Of a stretch of 32,000 nucleotides of DNA, positions 8,159-15,836 are shown one piece after another. The notes below the pieces were generated by a model. It did not search any database and was not told the DNA's origin. It was given only the letters and a program-made list of their open reading frames with translations. Numbering within the stretch: position 1 is the first letter of the stretch; every line of letters begins with the position of its first letter. A program made the translations under genes and the position numbers. Source of the stretch: an uncultured Chloroflexia bacterium. GTDB taxonomy: Bacteria; Chloroflexota; Anaerolineae; Anaerolineales; Anaerolineaceae. The stretch spans positions 1,170,001-1,202,000 of the forward strand of contig OY969938.1 of assembly GCA_963704755.1 (NCBI GenBank), written 5' to 3'.

Positions 8159-8210
8159 CAATATAGAAAATTTTTCACGAGCAAAGCCCGCGAAAAATTT
8201 TCTATATTGA
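8158..8210. repeat. Family-1-related palindrome, copy J, abutting the kimA stop codon
   Basis: Perfect 19-bp arms tcaatatagaaaatttttc (8158-8176) and gaaaaattttctatattga (8192-8210). The apex has the ttttcNcg...cgcgaaaaa signature seen in copies A-D. Confidence 0.8.
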
Positions 8211-8215
8211 TCAAT

Positions 8216-10129
8216 TTAAATCTTCGAACCGATGTGGAACGGCACTTCGATGATCACGATATCGTGGTAATTCTTCAGCATGCTGCGCAGGTGATACGCC
8301 GTCTGATTGTGTAAAACCTGGGCAACCGGGTTCTCCGCCACGAACTCTGGGATCACCACGGTGGTGAGCTGTTGGGGAAATTCCTCGCTATTGACCTTGA
8401 TCACATAATCGACAATGGGGGTGACCACATCGCGGTAGTCATAATCGACGCATACCAGTGAGACTCCGCAGGTTACGTTGCTGAAACGCTCCCAGCGCTC
8501 GTGGACGCGTTGTTTCATCTCATCCGAGGTGACAATCACCAGGGCGCGTACGTCGTTCGAGAGGCGTTTGGCATACTGCAAGGCTAACAAAGAACCACGG
8601 TGCACGTCACCGATCGGCACGATAACCACATTGGCCACCCCGGCCAGCGTCTCGGGTTTGAGGCCCTGGGTGCTCAACGCATTCGCAACCCGGTCGTAGT
8701 GGCCGTGGATCGAGCGGAACAAGATCACCTGCAAAGGGATAATCACTGCCACGATCCAGGCGCCTTCGACAAATTTGGTGGTCAACAAAATGATAAACAC
8801 CAGCAGCGTCGCAGCCGCTCCTACAAAATTGATGACCCGCTTGACCCGAGCGCCCTTCTCGTAATGGACAGTCGTGACCGAAGTGCGGATCGACTCGCCC
8901 GGTTTGAGGTGGATGATGCGCCCCATCAACCGGACCATGCCGGATTGCGATAGGAAGAAGCACAACATGACCCCCAACGCATACAGCGGGAGCATGGCGA
9001 TTTCATCTGCCCCGAACAGGATGATCAAAGAAGACGCCAGCACGGTCAGCAAAGCGATACCACCGCTGTACACCAGCCGGTCACCGCGTACATCCAGCCA
9101 GCGTGGCAGGAAATTATCTTCAGCCAACAAGGAGGCCAGCCTGGGGAAGCCCTGGTAACCGGTATTGGCAGCCAGGAACAGGATGGTAGCGGTAAAGAAC
9201 TGTACCCAGTAATACAGGAAGCCCCTGCCCGCAATGCTGCGGGTCATTTGCGAAAGGATGCTCTCTTCCTCGGCCGGGATGAGGTGCATATGAGTCGAGA
9301 GGAAGGTGATGCCGGTAAACAATGTCATCGCAATGACGCCCATGGCGATCATGGTCTTGATCGCATTGACCGATTCGGGCGGTTTGAAGGCTTTTACCCC
9401 GTTCGAGATCGCTTCGATCCCGGTCAACGCCGTACAGCCGCCGGCAAAGGCCCGCAATAGCAGCCAGATGTAAGCAAAACCGGTCACAGAAAATTTCGGC
9501 GCGACCACCTCTGTAACCACCGGCAAATGCGCCACACCAAACAGGCCCACTGCCCGGGCCAGGCCAAAGACCACGATGGCGAACACCCCAATAACAAACG
9601 CGTAGGTCGGTATGGCGAAAATCGTCCCACTTTCCCGGATCCCACGCAGGTTAATCCAGGTGACCAGTAAAACTACCAGAAGGGCAATTTCGACCCGGTA
9701 GGTATACAGTTCGGGGAATGCAGAAGTCACAGCCCGGACACCGGCCGCGATCGATACGGATACGGTTAATACGTAATCTACCAGCAAAGCCGCGGCCGCC
9801 ATCAAAGAAGGCACTTCACCCAGATTGTCCTTAGCAACGGTATAAGCCCCACCCCCATCCGGGTAATGCAAGATCGTCTGGATGTAGCTGGAGATAACCA
9901 TCAGAACCAACGCGGCCACGCACAACCCGAGAGGAAGCGTCATTCCCAGGGCCCCGCTCCCCAACAACACCAGCACCGTCATAATCGCTTCGGTAGCGTA
10001 TGCGTTGCTGGAGATTGGATCGGACGCGAAAATGGCTAGCGCACGAAGGTTATCGAGACGTTCTTGAATATCACTACTGTTAGGAAAAGGTTCACCAATA
10101 AGGACACGTTTTAGGTCGTTTGTATTCAT
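8216..10129 (-). CDS. kimA: KimA-type K+/H+ symporter (APC superfamily, with cytoplasmic C-terminal domain)
   Basis: 637 aa. N-terminus is LKRVLIGEPF...LRALAIFASDPISSNAYATEAI. The blocks GGGAYTVAKDNLGE..LLVDYVLTVSVSIAAG..VTSAFP, LLRAFAGGCTALTGIEAISNG, ANTGYQGFPRL, VRGDRLVYS and C-terminal VIVPIGDVH...LHNQTAY are collinear with my recollection of B. subtilis KimA (YdaO). Confidence 0.85.
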   Translation of the reverse strand: MNTNDLKRVLIGEPFPNSSDIQERLDNLRALAIFASDPISSNAYATEAIMTVLVLLGSGALGMTLPLGLCVAALVLMVISSYIQTILHYPDGGGAYTVAKDNLGEVPSLMAAAALLVDYVLTVSVSIAAGVRAVTSAFPELYTYRVEIALLVVLLVTWINLRGIRESGTIFAIPTYAFVIGVFAIVVFGLARAVGLFGVAHLPVVTEVVAPKFSVTGFAYIWLLLRAFAGGCTALTGIEAISNGVKAFKPPESVNAIKTMIAMGVIAMTLFTGITFLSTHMHLIPAEEESILSQMTRSIAGRGFLYYWVQFFTATILFLAANTGYQGFPRLASLLAEDNFLPRWLDVRGDRLVYSGGIALLTVLASSLIILFGADEIAMLPLYALGVMLCFFLSQSGMVRLMGRIIHLKPGESIRTSVTTVHYEKGARVKRVINFVGAAATLLVFIILLTTKFVEGAWIVAVIIPLQVILFRSIHGHYDRVANALSTQGLKPETLAGVANVVIVPIGDVHRGSLLALQYAKRLSNDVRALVIVTSDEMKQRVHERWERFSNVTCGVSLVCVDYDYRDVVTPIVDYVIKVNSEEFPQQLTTVVIPEFVAENPVAQVLHNQTAYHLRSMLKNYHDIVIIEVPFHIGSKI

Positions 10130-10646
10130 CTATTATCCATTTATGCGTTGAATGCCTTCACGAAGAAAACTCCCCGCGTCAAAGGGGATCGCTATTTACA
10201 GGAAAAGATGGACTGGCTTCACCCATAATCAGCGTTCGTACCCGATCTACGGGGTCTTTTCAAGCGTATCATGTATTCATTGGCGGATAAATGATTGTGA
10301 CGACCGGAAATTGAGAAGTTCACGAATAGAAACCGCCAGCCTTTCTTAAAAATGCATGAGAAAATGTACCCGTAAAGAAGTTTCTCGTCAAGTAATTTTC
10401 GGTGATTTTAATCCGGATTTAAACTTTACAAATTTACAAATCGCCTGCACCGGTTCCATAAACAGGATTTGCCGATCCACCCTGACCCTCCAACCGCTTT
10501 CAAGCCGGTTGCACTTCTACTGTTTGTTTCCCCTTACCGGGTACTTGCATCTGAAAGTTTGCGGCGAGTTGTACAAACCATTACAATTTCGTTACAATTT
10601 TTTATTTTCGCTAGATACCTCTTGCATAATAGCGGCGATTATGTAT

Positions 10647-10690
10647 AATAGTCACTGTCAATCGCCCGGGTGCCCCCCTCACCCTGGCGA
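10647..10690 (+). terminator. Strong hairpin plus T-tract (plus-strand polarity); may also serve the converging carH-like operon
   Basis: The arms gtcaatcgcc (10647-10656) and ggcgattgac (10676-10685) pair, extended by gggtg/caccc. TTTTAT follows on the plus strand and an A-tract precedes it on the minus-strand reading. Confidence 0.5.
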
Positions 10691-10709
10691 TTGACTTTTA
10701 TCGGTAGTT

Positions 10710-11657
10710 TTACAGTGGGGATAGTTCGCGAACACGAACCAACGCCGCGGAGATCGTTTCACCCAGAAATTCACCCCCTGTGCGAGCGCGCAATGCCGGC
10801 TGATCGTCGAATGCCTGGCCGCCAAAGCCAAAAACGGGGACATTGCTCAACCGGCTCAACAAGCCCTGCATTCGGGCTAATTTTTCGGCCGGTTCCGGCA
10901 GAGTGGCCGTGAGCACGATCATATCCGGGTTTTCCAACCGTGCATATTCGATCAAATCTTCCAGGGGAATGTCCGGGCCCAGGTATTCCACCTGATAACC
11001 CTGGCTGCGTAAAAGAACGGCGAACATCAGCGCGCCGATCTCGTGATGATCTTCGGGGCCTGTCCCAACCAGGATCCGGGGGGCTCCCCGTTCTCCCGGA
11101 TAAGTCTGCAGCAGCCCGGCTAATTTTCCGCGCAGGTAGGTGCTGGCAAAATGTTCGGTCGCCACGCCTACTTCACCATGGTACCAGGCATCCCCGATTT
11201 GATGCAAACAAGGGGTAAAAATTTCCACAAGGGCTGTCTCCAAATCAAAGGCCGCCAGAATCCCCTGAAAGAGCGCATCGGCACCGCGTTCGTCCCGGCT
11301 GACGAGCGCTTTATACATTCTTTGAACAAATGGGGCCACTGTAAGGCTGCCCTTCACCGCCTGTCCGCCGGGAGCACTGCGGACCAAATCTGGCCAGTCC
11401 CCCGACCCGGTCTTCTTTCGCAGCTCAGCCACGGCTGAACTGATCGATACGCCTTCCTCGGTGCGCTTTTTCAGCCAGCGCAGGATGGCGATATCTTTTT
11501 CAGAATATAGGCGGTAGCGATTACTGGATCGGTGCGGTTGGACCACCTGATAACGCGCCTCCCAGGCGCGCACCGTAACCGGTAATAGACCGGTTTGAGC
11601 GGCTACCGTTTTGATGGTGTAGATTGGCTCATCCGAAAATACCGAACTCGAAGCCAT
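10710..11657 (-). CDS. MerR-family regulator with B12-binding domain (CarH/LitR-type light-responsive repressor)
   Basis: N-terminal MerR HTH is YTIKTVAAQTGLLPVTVRAWEARY. The W-x9-EH motif is present (WYHGEVGVATEH). The cobalamin-binding DxHxxG motif (EDHHEIG), then TATL, then GFGG follow. Confidence 0.85.
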   Translation of the reverse strand: MASSSVFSDEPIYTIKTVAAQTGLLPVTVRAWEARYQVVQPHRSSNRYRLYSEKDIAILRWLKKRTEEGVSISSAVAELRKKTGSGDWPDLVRSAPGGQAVKGSLTVAPFVQRMYKALVSRDERGADALFQGILAAFDLETALVEIFTPCLHQIGDAWYHGEVGVATEHFASTYLRGKLAGLLQTYPGERGAPRILVGTGPEDHHEIGALMFAVLLRSQGYQVEYLGPDIPLEDLIEYARLENPDMIVLTATLPEPAEKLARMQGLLSRLSNVPVFGFGGQAFDDQPALRARTGGEFLGETISAALVRVRELSPL

Positions 11658-11659
11658 AC

Positions 11660-12751
11660 CTACAGTCCTTTTACAACCTCACCAATGACCGCCAGGGCCT
11701 GCCCAACCAGATCCAGATTTGCCTGGGTTCCCATATGGCCCAGGCGGAAAATCTTTCCGGCCAGGGGCCCATACGAGCCGCCCACGACCAATCCCTTGGC
11801 CCGGAAGCGGGCATCCAGCTCTGGCCAACCGATCCCATCCGGAACGTAAACTGCGCTGACGGTTGGAGAGGAGATTGCCCCGGCCGCCGGAAACAGCTTC
11901 AACCCCAGTTTTTCCAGGCCATTACGGCAGTATTGGGCTGCTTCCCGGTGGCGTTGGAATACCTTAGGCAGGCCCTCATCCAATAATAGTTGCGAGCCGC
12001 GGTTCAAGGCCGCCAATCCATGCCAGTCAGGCGTGTAGGGGAAATAAAAGTCACGTTGAGCGGTCCGGAAAGGCTTGAGCGCATCGTAACCCTGATAATT
12101 GACCTGCGCGATAATCTCCCAGGCTGCCTCGCTGACGGTCAGGAAAGCCGCCAGGGGCGGCGCCGACAAAGCCTTCTGCGATCCACCCAAACATAAATCG
12201 ATATTCCATTCGTCGGTCAGGACCGGAGTTCCGCCGGCGCTGGCGACCGCATCCACATACAACAAAGGCACCCCGTATTGGGTCTTCAACCGGCCGAGCT
12301 GTTCCAGCGGGTTGAGCGTCCCCGAAGGGGTTTCACAGTGGACCACGGTGATCATCTTGGGTTTAAATTCGGCAATCTTCTGTTCGATCGCCGCCCAATC
12401 TGCCAGGGTCTGGTCGTACGGTAAACCGTAAGTTTCCACCTGCGCCCCAATCGCGGCCGCCATATCGCCCATCCCGAAGCCAAAAACGCCGGTCGCAAGG
12501 GCAAGCACCCGGTCACCGGGTTGGATGGTGCTTTTCAAGGCGGACCACAAGGCAACCATGCCCTCCCCGGTCTGGATTACCATCGTATGGCGGGTTGCGT
12601 AGATTTTCTTGAGATTCTCTTCTGTACGGTTATAAAGATCGAGGTAATCCTTTTCCAGGTCTCCCGAACCATAGTCCACCTGCATGGCCTCCAGCACTTG
12701 CTGGGGCACATGCACCGGGCCCGGTACCATTGGGATTGGATATGTTTGCAT
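11660..12751 (-). CDS. Class V PLP-dependent aminotransferase (alanine-glyoxylate / serine-pyruvate type)
   Basis: 363 aa. It has the N-terminal MVPGPVHVP motif and a PLP-lysine context GGSQKALSAPP. The stop lies 2 nt before the start of the downstream regulator. Confidence 0.8.
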   Translation of the reverse strand: MQTYPIPMVPGPVHVPQQVLEAMQVDYGSGDLEKDYLDLYNRTEENLKKIYATRHTMVIQTGEGMVALWSALKSTIQPGDRVLALATGVFGFGMGDMAAAIGAQVETYGLPYDQTLADWAAIEQKIAEFKPKMITVVHCETPSGTLNPLEQLGRLKTQYGVPLLYVDAVASAGGTPVLTDEWNIDLCLGGSQKALSAPPLAAFLTVSEAAWEIIAQVNYQGYDALKPFRTAQRDFYFPYTPDWHGLAALNRGSQLLLDEGLPKVFQRHREAAQYCRNGLEKLGLKLFPAAGAISSPTVSAVYVPDGIGWPELDARFRAKGLVVGGSYGPLAGKIFRLGHMGTQANLDLVGQALAVIGEVVKGL

Positions 12752-12947
12752 GGCCAGACCTTTCCGGTAATTGCTCTGTTATTTGCTAAAATTCTGCCCT
12801 TCCGGTATGGTTGAGCAATTACGATCGATATTTTATAGCGGTATTATCCCACGATTTTCAGGCATAAACAGCGCTCATAACTCAAATACCGCCCGCCCAA
12901 GGGGGTTATAATAACCCTGGAAACAGCATAACCCAATCGGTAAGGCT

Positions 12948-13000
12948 CCGCATTTGAGGTGTTTGCGCTGACTAAGTCAGCGCAAACACCTCAAATGCGG
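12948..13000. repeat. Family-1 palindromic element, copy G
   Basis: Perfect 25-bp arms ccgcatttgaggtgtttgcgctgac (12948-12972) and 12976-13000, with loop taa. It lies in a divergent promoter region, so it is not a 3'-end terminator. Confidence 0.85.
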
Positions 13001-13106
13001 TAATCCCTTGCCAGGGTCAGCAGGCTGACCGCACTTGCTTTTCTGATCGCCAACACCCATCCAAGAGCGCCTAACTTGTTTTACCTAACCCAATCAGGAG
13101 AATCAA

Positions 13107-14336
13107 ATGAATACCAGCGTTGTCGAACGATTCATTCGTTACATCAAAATCGATACTCAATCTGACCACTACGCCGAAAGCTTTCCCACCACGGCCAGGC
13201 AGTTCGACCTGGCTCATTTACTGGTCGAGGAATTAAAAAAGATCGGCTTGAGCGACGCCGCTGTCGATGAAAATTGCTACGTCATGGCCACCCTACCGGC
13301 TAACGTGGAAGGGGTTTCCCCGATTGGCTTTATCGCCCACATGGATACCAGCCCGGACCTGAGCGGAACCGGTGTGAATCCGCAATTCGTCGATTATGGC
13401 GGAGGGGATATTGTCCTCAATAAGGAAAAAGGCATCGTTCTCTCGCCCAAAGAATTTCCTGACCTTAACCTTTATGCCGGCCAGCGCCTGATTACCACCG
13501 ACGGGAACACCTTGCTGGGGGCAGATGACAAGGCCGGGATAGCCGAGATCATGGCCGCGATGGAATACCTGGTCAGCCACCCCGAGCTCAAACATGGCAC
13601 CATCCGGGTTGGCTTTACCCCGGACGAAGAGGTCGGCCACGGGGCGGATCGCTTCGACGTGAGCAAGTTCAACGCTAAATTTGCCTATACCCTGGATGGC
13701 GGCGAGATTGGCGAGCTGCAATACGAGAACTTCAACGCCGCCTCGGCTAAATTGACCATCCACGGCCGCAACGTCCACCCCGGCTCTTCGAAAGACAAGA
13801 TGATCAACGCCATCCAGATCGGGATCGACCTGCACAACCTGCTGCCGGCGCACCAGCGCCCCGAGCACACCGACCAATACGATGGCTTCTATCACATCAC
13901 TGTCTTCGAAGGCACGGTCGAAGAAGTGGTCATGCGCTACATTATCCGCGAGCACGATCGCGACAAGTTCGAAATCCTGAAGACCGCCCTGGAAAAAGCG
14001 GTTGCTTTTATCAACGAGCGTTACGGCGCCGGTGCGGTCCAGCTCGAGCTGGAAGACAGCTATTACAACATGAAGGAACAGATCCTGCCGGTTTTCGAGG
14101 TGATCGACCTGGCCAAAAAAGCCATGCAGTCCCTGGACATCACCCCCCTGATCCGCCCCATCCGCGGCGGCACTGACGGCAGCCGGCTTTCGTATATGGG
14201 GCTGCCCTGTCCCAACATCTTCACCGGCGGGCACTACGCCCACGGCCGTTTCGAATTCGTCCCGGTCAATTCGTTGGAAAAGGCCGTCGAGGTGATCGTC
14301 AAGATTGCGGAGTTAGCGGGCGAAGCCGGAAAATAA
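13107..14336 (+). CDS. pepT: Peptidase T (tripeptide aminopeptidase, M20B)
   Basis: N-terminus is VERFIRYIKIDTQSD. The M20 metal-binding blocks IAHMDT, GADDKAGIAEIM and TPDEEVG are present. RBS is CAGGAG. Confidence 0.9.
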   Translation: MNTSVVERFIRYIKIDTQSDHYAESFPTTARQFDLAHLLVEELKKIGLSDAAVDENCYVMATLPANVEGVSPIGFIAHMDTSPDLSGTGVNPQFVDYGGGDIVLNKEKGIVLSPKEFPDLNLYAGQRLITTDGNTLLGADDKAGIAEIMAAMEYLVSHPELKHGTIRVGFTPDEEVGHGADRFDVSKFNAKFAYTLDGGEIGELQYENFNAASAKLTIHGRNVHPGSSKDKMINAIQIGIDLHNLLPAHQRPEHTDQYDGFYHITVFEGTVEEVVMRYIIREHDRDKFEILKTALEKAVAFINERYGAGAVQLELEDSYYNMKEQILPVFEVIDLAKKAMQSLDITPLIRPIRGGTDGSRLSYMGLPCPNIFTGGHYAHGRFEFVPVNSLEKAVEVIVKIAELAGEAGK

Positions 14337-14349
14337 TGTCGTCGCCGGT

Positions 14350-14424
14350 GTTGGGTTGTGGGCAAGGCCTGAAAGGCGAAGGCCCGAATTTTGGCCAGTT
14401 CTATGCAGGAGCCCGCAACCCAAC
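14350..14424. repeat. Family-2 hairpin (GTTGGGTTGYGGG ... CCCGCAACCCAAC); possible pepT terminator
   Basis: 14-bp stem at 14350-14363 / 14411-14424 (one G-U pair), followed by ctacatttttctgcttt. It is homologous to the hairpin at 25321-25400. Confidence 0.6.
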
Positions 14425-14466
14425 CTACATTTTTCTGCTTTCCGTGTCCGTACTTAAATTGATCTT

Positions 14467-14583
14467 TTCTTTCTTCTCTGCGCCCTCAGCGTCTCTGCGG
14501 TGATTTTCTTTCTTTTCTGCGTTCTCAGCATCTCTGCAGTGTTATTCTTTCTTCTCCGTGTCCTCCGTGACTCCGGGGTTAAT
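14467..14583. repeat. Three tandem copies of a degenerate 39-bp pyrimidine-rich unit (family 2)
   Basis: The units at 14467-14505, 14506-14544 and 14545-14583 all begin ttctttcttYtc. No ORF spans them: TAA at 14455 is in the only frame-preserving reading and no start codon follows. Confidence 0.8.
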
Positions 14584-14621
14584 AAAACCCAGCGGCCTGG
14601 GATTTTCCTCCAGGCCGCTGG
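14581..14621 (-). terminator. Rho-independent terminator of the sugar ABC operon
   Basis: Perfect 12-bp stem ccagcggcctgg (14589-14600) / ccaggccgctgg (14610-14621). GTTTTATTAA follows on the minus strand, 34 nt downstream of the permease stop. Confidence 0.7.
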
Positions 14622-14654
14622 CTATTAAAGCGATATGGCAAGTAGAGGTGAGGT

Positions 14655-15836
14655 TTAGCCTTTGACCGAGCCGGCCAGCAGCCCACGAACGAAATACCGC
14701 TGCAAGGCAAAGAACACGATCATTGGCAGCGCCATCGAGATGAACGCCGCGGCGGTCAACAACTGCCAGCCGCTTCCCAGGGACGTGACCATGTTGGCAA
14801 TCTGGTAGGTCAGCACCGGGTTCTGCCCGCCCAGGAAGACCAGGGCAACCAGGAAGTCATTCCAAATCCACAGGAACTGGAAGATACCCAGGGATGCCAG
14901 GGCCGGCACCGACAAGGGGATGGCCAGCCGGTAGAAGGCCGTCCAATGCGAAGCCCCATCCAGGTAGGCCGACTCGAACACTTCCCGCGGCAGCCCGCCC
15001 AGGAAGTTACGCATCAGGAAGATCGCGTACGGCAAGCCAAAGCCGGTATGGAATAGCCAGATGCCGACAAAAGTACCGTTCAAGCCGAGTTGGGCATACA
15101 GCTTCGAGATCGGGACCAGGGTCATCTGCAACGGGACGATCTGCAAGCCGACCAGCAGGGCAAACATCGCCTGCCGCCCGCGAAATTCCATCCAGGAAAA
15201 GGCGTAAGCAGCAAAGGCGGCAAAAATGATCGGGATGAAGGTCGCCGGAATCGAGACGATCAAGCTGTTGATGAACGCCCGGCCCATACCGCGTGGGTTG
15301 AGCAGGTCGCTGGAGTTACAGTTCAGATCGACGCTTTGTGTTCCGGCGGCGCAATCGGTCACATAGTTGTTTGTCCCCCGGTAGCCCATGATCGCGTCGA
15401 TATAGTTATTCAGCGTGAACAAAGGCGTCTTGTTGATGCCGGAAATGCGCTTGATGTAGGTTAAAACGTCGGCCGCCTCCTGGGCGCTGGGGACTGAAAT
15501 GGTGCCCATGTGTGGTTGGCCATTGAAATCCTTGTTGAGCACGGCCAGCAAGCTGGAAGAACGCGAGAATTGGGAGACGATGTTCGCATCCGTCAAATCC
15601 GCCGTGGGGATGGCCTTCCCGTCGCTGCCGTGGCAGGATGCACAGGAAGCCTTATATTCCTTCGCGCCCGGATAAGTAAACGCGGTCCACCAGCCGGTTA
15701 AGTTGATCGACTGTAATGGGCGGAAGGAGGTCACCAACAGGCCGATGGTGGGGACCAGCCAGATCACACAGATCCCAATCAGGATGATGTGGGTCGGCAG
15801 TGAGCGAAAGAAACTCTTGATACGATCGCCGTTCAT
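14655..15836 (-). CDS. Carbohydrate ABC transporter permease (MalG-like) carrying an inserted cytochrome c-like domain in the first periplasmic loop
   Basis: The C-terminal 260 aa form a typical MalG/BPD_transp_1 core, with an EAA-like motif ESAYLDGASHWTAFYRLAIP. About 110 extra residues after TM1 contain CASCH, PHMG and the helix EAADVLTYIKRI. The start overlaps the upstream permease stop (ATGA-type coupling). Confidence 0.85.
   Translation of the reverse strand: MNGDRIKSFFRSLPTHIILIGICVIWLVPTIGLLVTSFRPLQSINLTGWWTAFTYPGAKEYKASCASCHGSDGKAIPTADLTDANIVSQFSRSSSLLAVLNKDFNGQPHMGTISVPSAQEAADVLTYIKRISGINKTPLFTLNNYIDAIMGYRGTNNYVTDCAAGTQSVDLNCNSSDLLNPRGMGRAFINSLIVSIPATFIPIIFAAFAAYAFSWMEFRGRQAMFALLVGLQIVPLQMTLVPISKLYAQLGLNGTFVGIWLFHTGFGLPYAIFLMRNFLGGLPREVFESAYLDGASHWTAFYRLAIPLSVPALASLGIFQFLWIWNDFLVALVFLGGQNPVLTYQIANMVTSLGSGWQLLTAAAFISMALPMIVFFALQRYFVRGLLAGSVKG

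Noticed and set aside
10130-10600. ydaO-type c-di-AMP riboswitch upstream of kimA, and a cobalamin riboswitch next to the B12-dependent regulator.
   Set aside because: The conserved ydaO cores are absent on both strands, as is the cobalamin B12 box (GCCACTG with GGTG.AA.TCC in the right order). Only loose similarity is present (AAGGGGAA, GGGTGGATC). The region is reported as an unclassified candidate instead.
10152-10694. ORFs 10152-10349(+) and 10356-10694(+) in the kimA upstream region.
   Set aside because: They lie in AT-rich intergenic DNA and have Cys- and Phe-rich odd composition. They have no RBS, and the second runs through a terminator hairpin. They are most likely non-coding.
14467-14583. 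The 39-bp (13-codon) tandem repeat as a repetitive-peptide gene. A 25-aa basic minus-strand ORF (MLRTQKRKKITAETLRAQRRKKRSI) was also considered.
   Set aside because: The plus-strand frame is closed by TAA at 14455 with no start codon afterwards. The minus-strand mini-ORF has no RBS and begins inside a repeat unit, so there is no support for coding.
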